Notes under the pieces: generated by a model
What the model was told of the DNA's origin: nothing
The model's database searches: none
Seen by the model: the letters and a program-made list of their open reading frames with translations, nothing else
Program-made: the position numbers and the translations under genes
Assembly (NCBI GenBank): GCA_002633005.1
Contig: NMRA01000254.1
Coordinates: 238,546 to 302,545 of the forward strand
Direction: 5' to 3'
DNA from: Phoronis australis
Lineage: Eukaryota; Animalia; Phoronida
Length of the DNA: 64,000 nucleotides
Part shown: piece by piece, positions 62,706-64,000 of the stretch
Layout: each line of letters begins with the position of its first letter
Numbering within the stretch: position 1 is the first letter of the stretch

Positions 62706-62718
62706 TAGGTCTCCATCA
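62706..62718 (-). promoter_or_regulatory. Primer-binding site complementary to the element's own LTR (self-priming type)
   Basis: minus-strand TGATGGAGACCTA abuts the 5' LTR and pairs perfectly with TAGGTCTCCATCA at 62774-62762. Confidence 0.85.
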
Positions 62719-62976
62719 TAGATAAACATTCGTCATTTCTTGTCAACCTTTATTGAAAGAATGATGGAGACCTAGAAGTACAAGTAAAGAGAATGCTTAC
62801 TGTATAGCTCAAGGGTAATGACAATGTACTATAAACGGGATATAAAGTGAATACTCGTGGAAAAGGTAATAATCCCTACCTCTATGTAATATCAACGTGT
62901 AGTCACTAAGACAATGGTGGGAAGCTGGCTACAGAGACACCTAGTGGTTATAGTATAAACTATATATAATTCTCTA
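62719..62976 (-). repeat. 5' LTR (258 bp)
   Basis: direct repeat of 56909-57166; TATA-like at 62806-62803 and AATAAA at 62754-62749 on the minus strand. Confidence 0.97.
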
Positions 62977-64000
62977 GAAGGATAATAGAATTTTTTAACA
63001 GTTCATGATGAATTGTAAAGTAGGATTAAGCTTGTCTCCCCTTGGGCCCTCGACTGTAAGATATGTGCCATACAGTGCACCAAATAACGTCTTTGAAGGA
63101 TGAAAGAAAACTGAAATATCTTTGTAACATAAATGAACGCCCCACGTCATTGAAAAGTGGAAAATTTAATACCTACCTTCTTATTATTTATGGAAGCATT
63201 AAGAAAATAAGAGATGCCATTAATAGCGACACTGCTATCAGTATAGATATTCACATGGCGACGATTCCTTTGAGAAAAGATCATTGGCTGATCGAGGGCG
63301 GTCAAGGCGGTCAGGCCCCCCTTTTCCCTGGATTTTAGTGATGTCCAATCTAGAATTTTCAAATTCTTGATTTGGACACCCCTTTTTAAAAATCCTTGAT
63401 CTGACCCCTTTAAAAGTCCTGGATCCGCCCTGCTCATGCAAGATTATCAGACGAAGTGCACAAATAGAGAAATTTCAAACCAAATGCATGCCTTCAAATG
63501 ACCAGCTCACAAACACCAAATTTCAAAGGTTAAAACGATGCCACGTGTCTTCAATGTTGCCTGAAATCACCGAAACCCTGTCTAATCAGACAAATCGAAA
63601 CTACGTTTTTGGCAGCTGCTATCTTGCTGAGTTGAAGCAGACGATCGCGTAATACGTTATAGCAGGAAGAGATAACCAGGAAGGGACAACTGTTTTAGCG
63701 CATTTTAACGTATTTTCAAAGGTGATTTCAAAAGTAAATGTTAAAGTAGTCTGGAATCCAAGCATTGTGTTTGAAAGCTTAACTCTTTAGCTATAAAATG
63801 ACACCACTTTTGTCCCCAAAGACTTCATATTAATGGCACTGGGATGCTTTGAACATGACTTGTTTTACCCTTCCAAAAGATGCCTCTTCCCAGGCATGTA
63901 CTCGGGCACGATCCTCTTTTTTGAACCAACAGATGTCACTAATATATGCAAATGAGGCTCGCATCGTCTACGTCATACGACGTCATACGGCGCGAGCTTC

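Larger units (their letters stand above)
56909..62976 (-). mobile_element. Full-length Ty3/Gypsy LTR retrotransposon (Mag-like), defective
   Basis: two 258-bp LTRs, 5-bp TSD GAAGG (56904-56908, 62977-62981), PPT, gag-PR-RT-RH-IN order. Confidence 0.97.

Overview
Animal genomic DNA (AT-rich, spliceosomal introns, repeat-dense; looks like a marine invertebrate draft scaffold, with a 356-N gap at 33701-34056 and single Ns at 10911 and 62170). Host genes, both on the + strand: the last five exons of a WD40 beta-propeller protein (396-4311) and the first two coding exons of a probable neuropsin/Opn5-like (group 4) opsin (45537-47235), whose next exon was not found in the window. The rest is mostly transposon debris: an Academ deletion derivative, Kolobok-, P/hAT-, Mutator- and Harbinger-type non-autonomous elements, Helentron-associated repeats, a THAP remnant and a hammerhead-like inverted repeat. 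The most notable object is a full-length, recently inserted but now defective Mag-like Gypsy LTR retrotransposon (56909-62976, minus strand). It has no tRNA primer-binding site. Instead, the 13 nt next to the 5' LTR are perfectly complementary to a segment inside the LTR near the inferred transcription start, a Tf1-style self-priming layout. Its LTRs end TA...TA rather than TG...CA, and its RT active site reads CVDD. All calls were made by eye from the sequence; no database searches were run.
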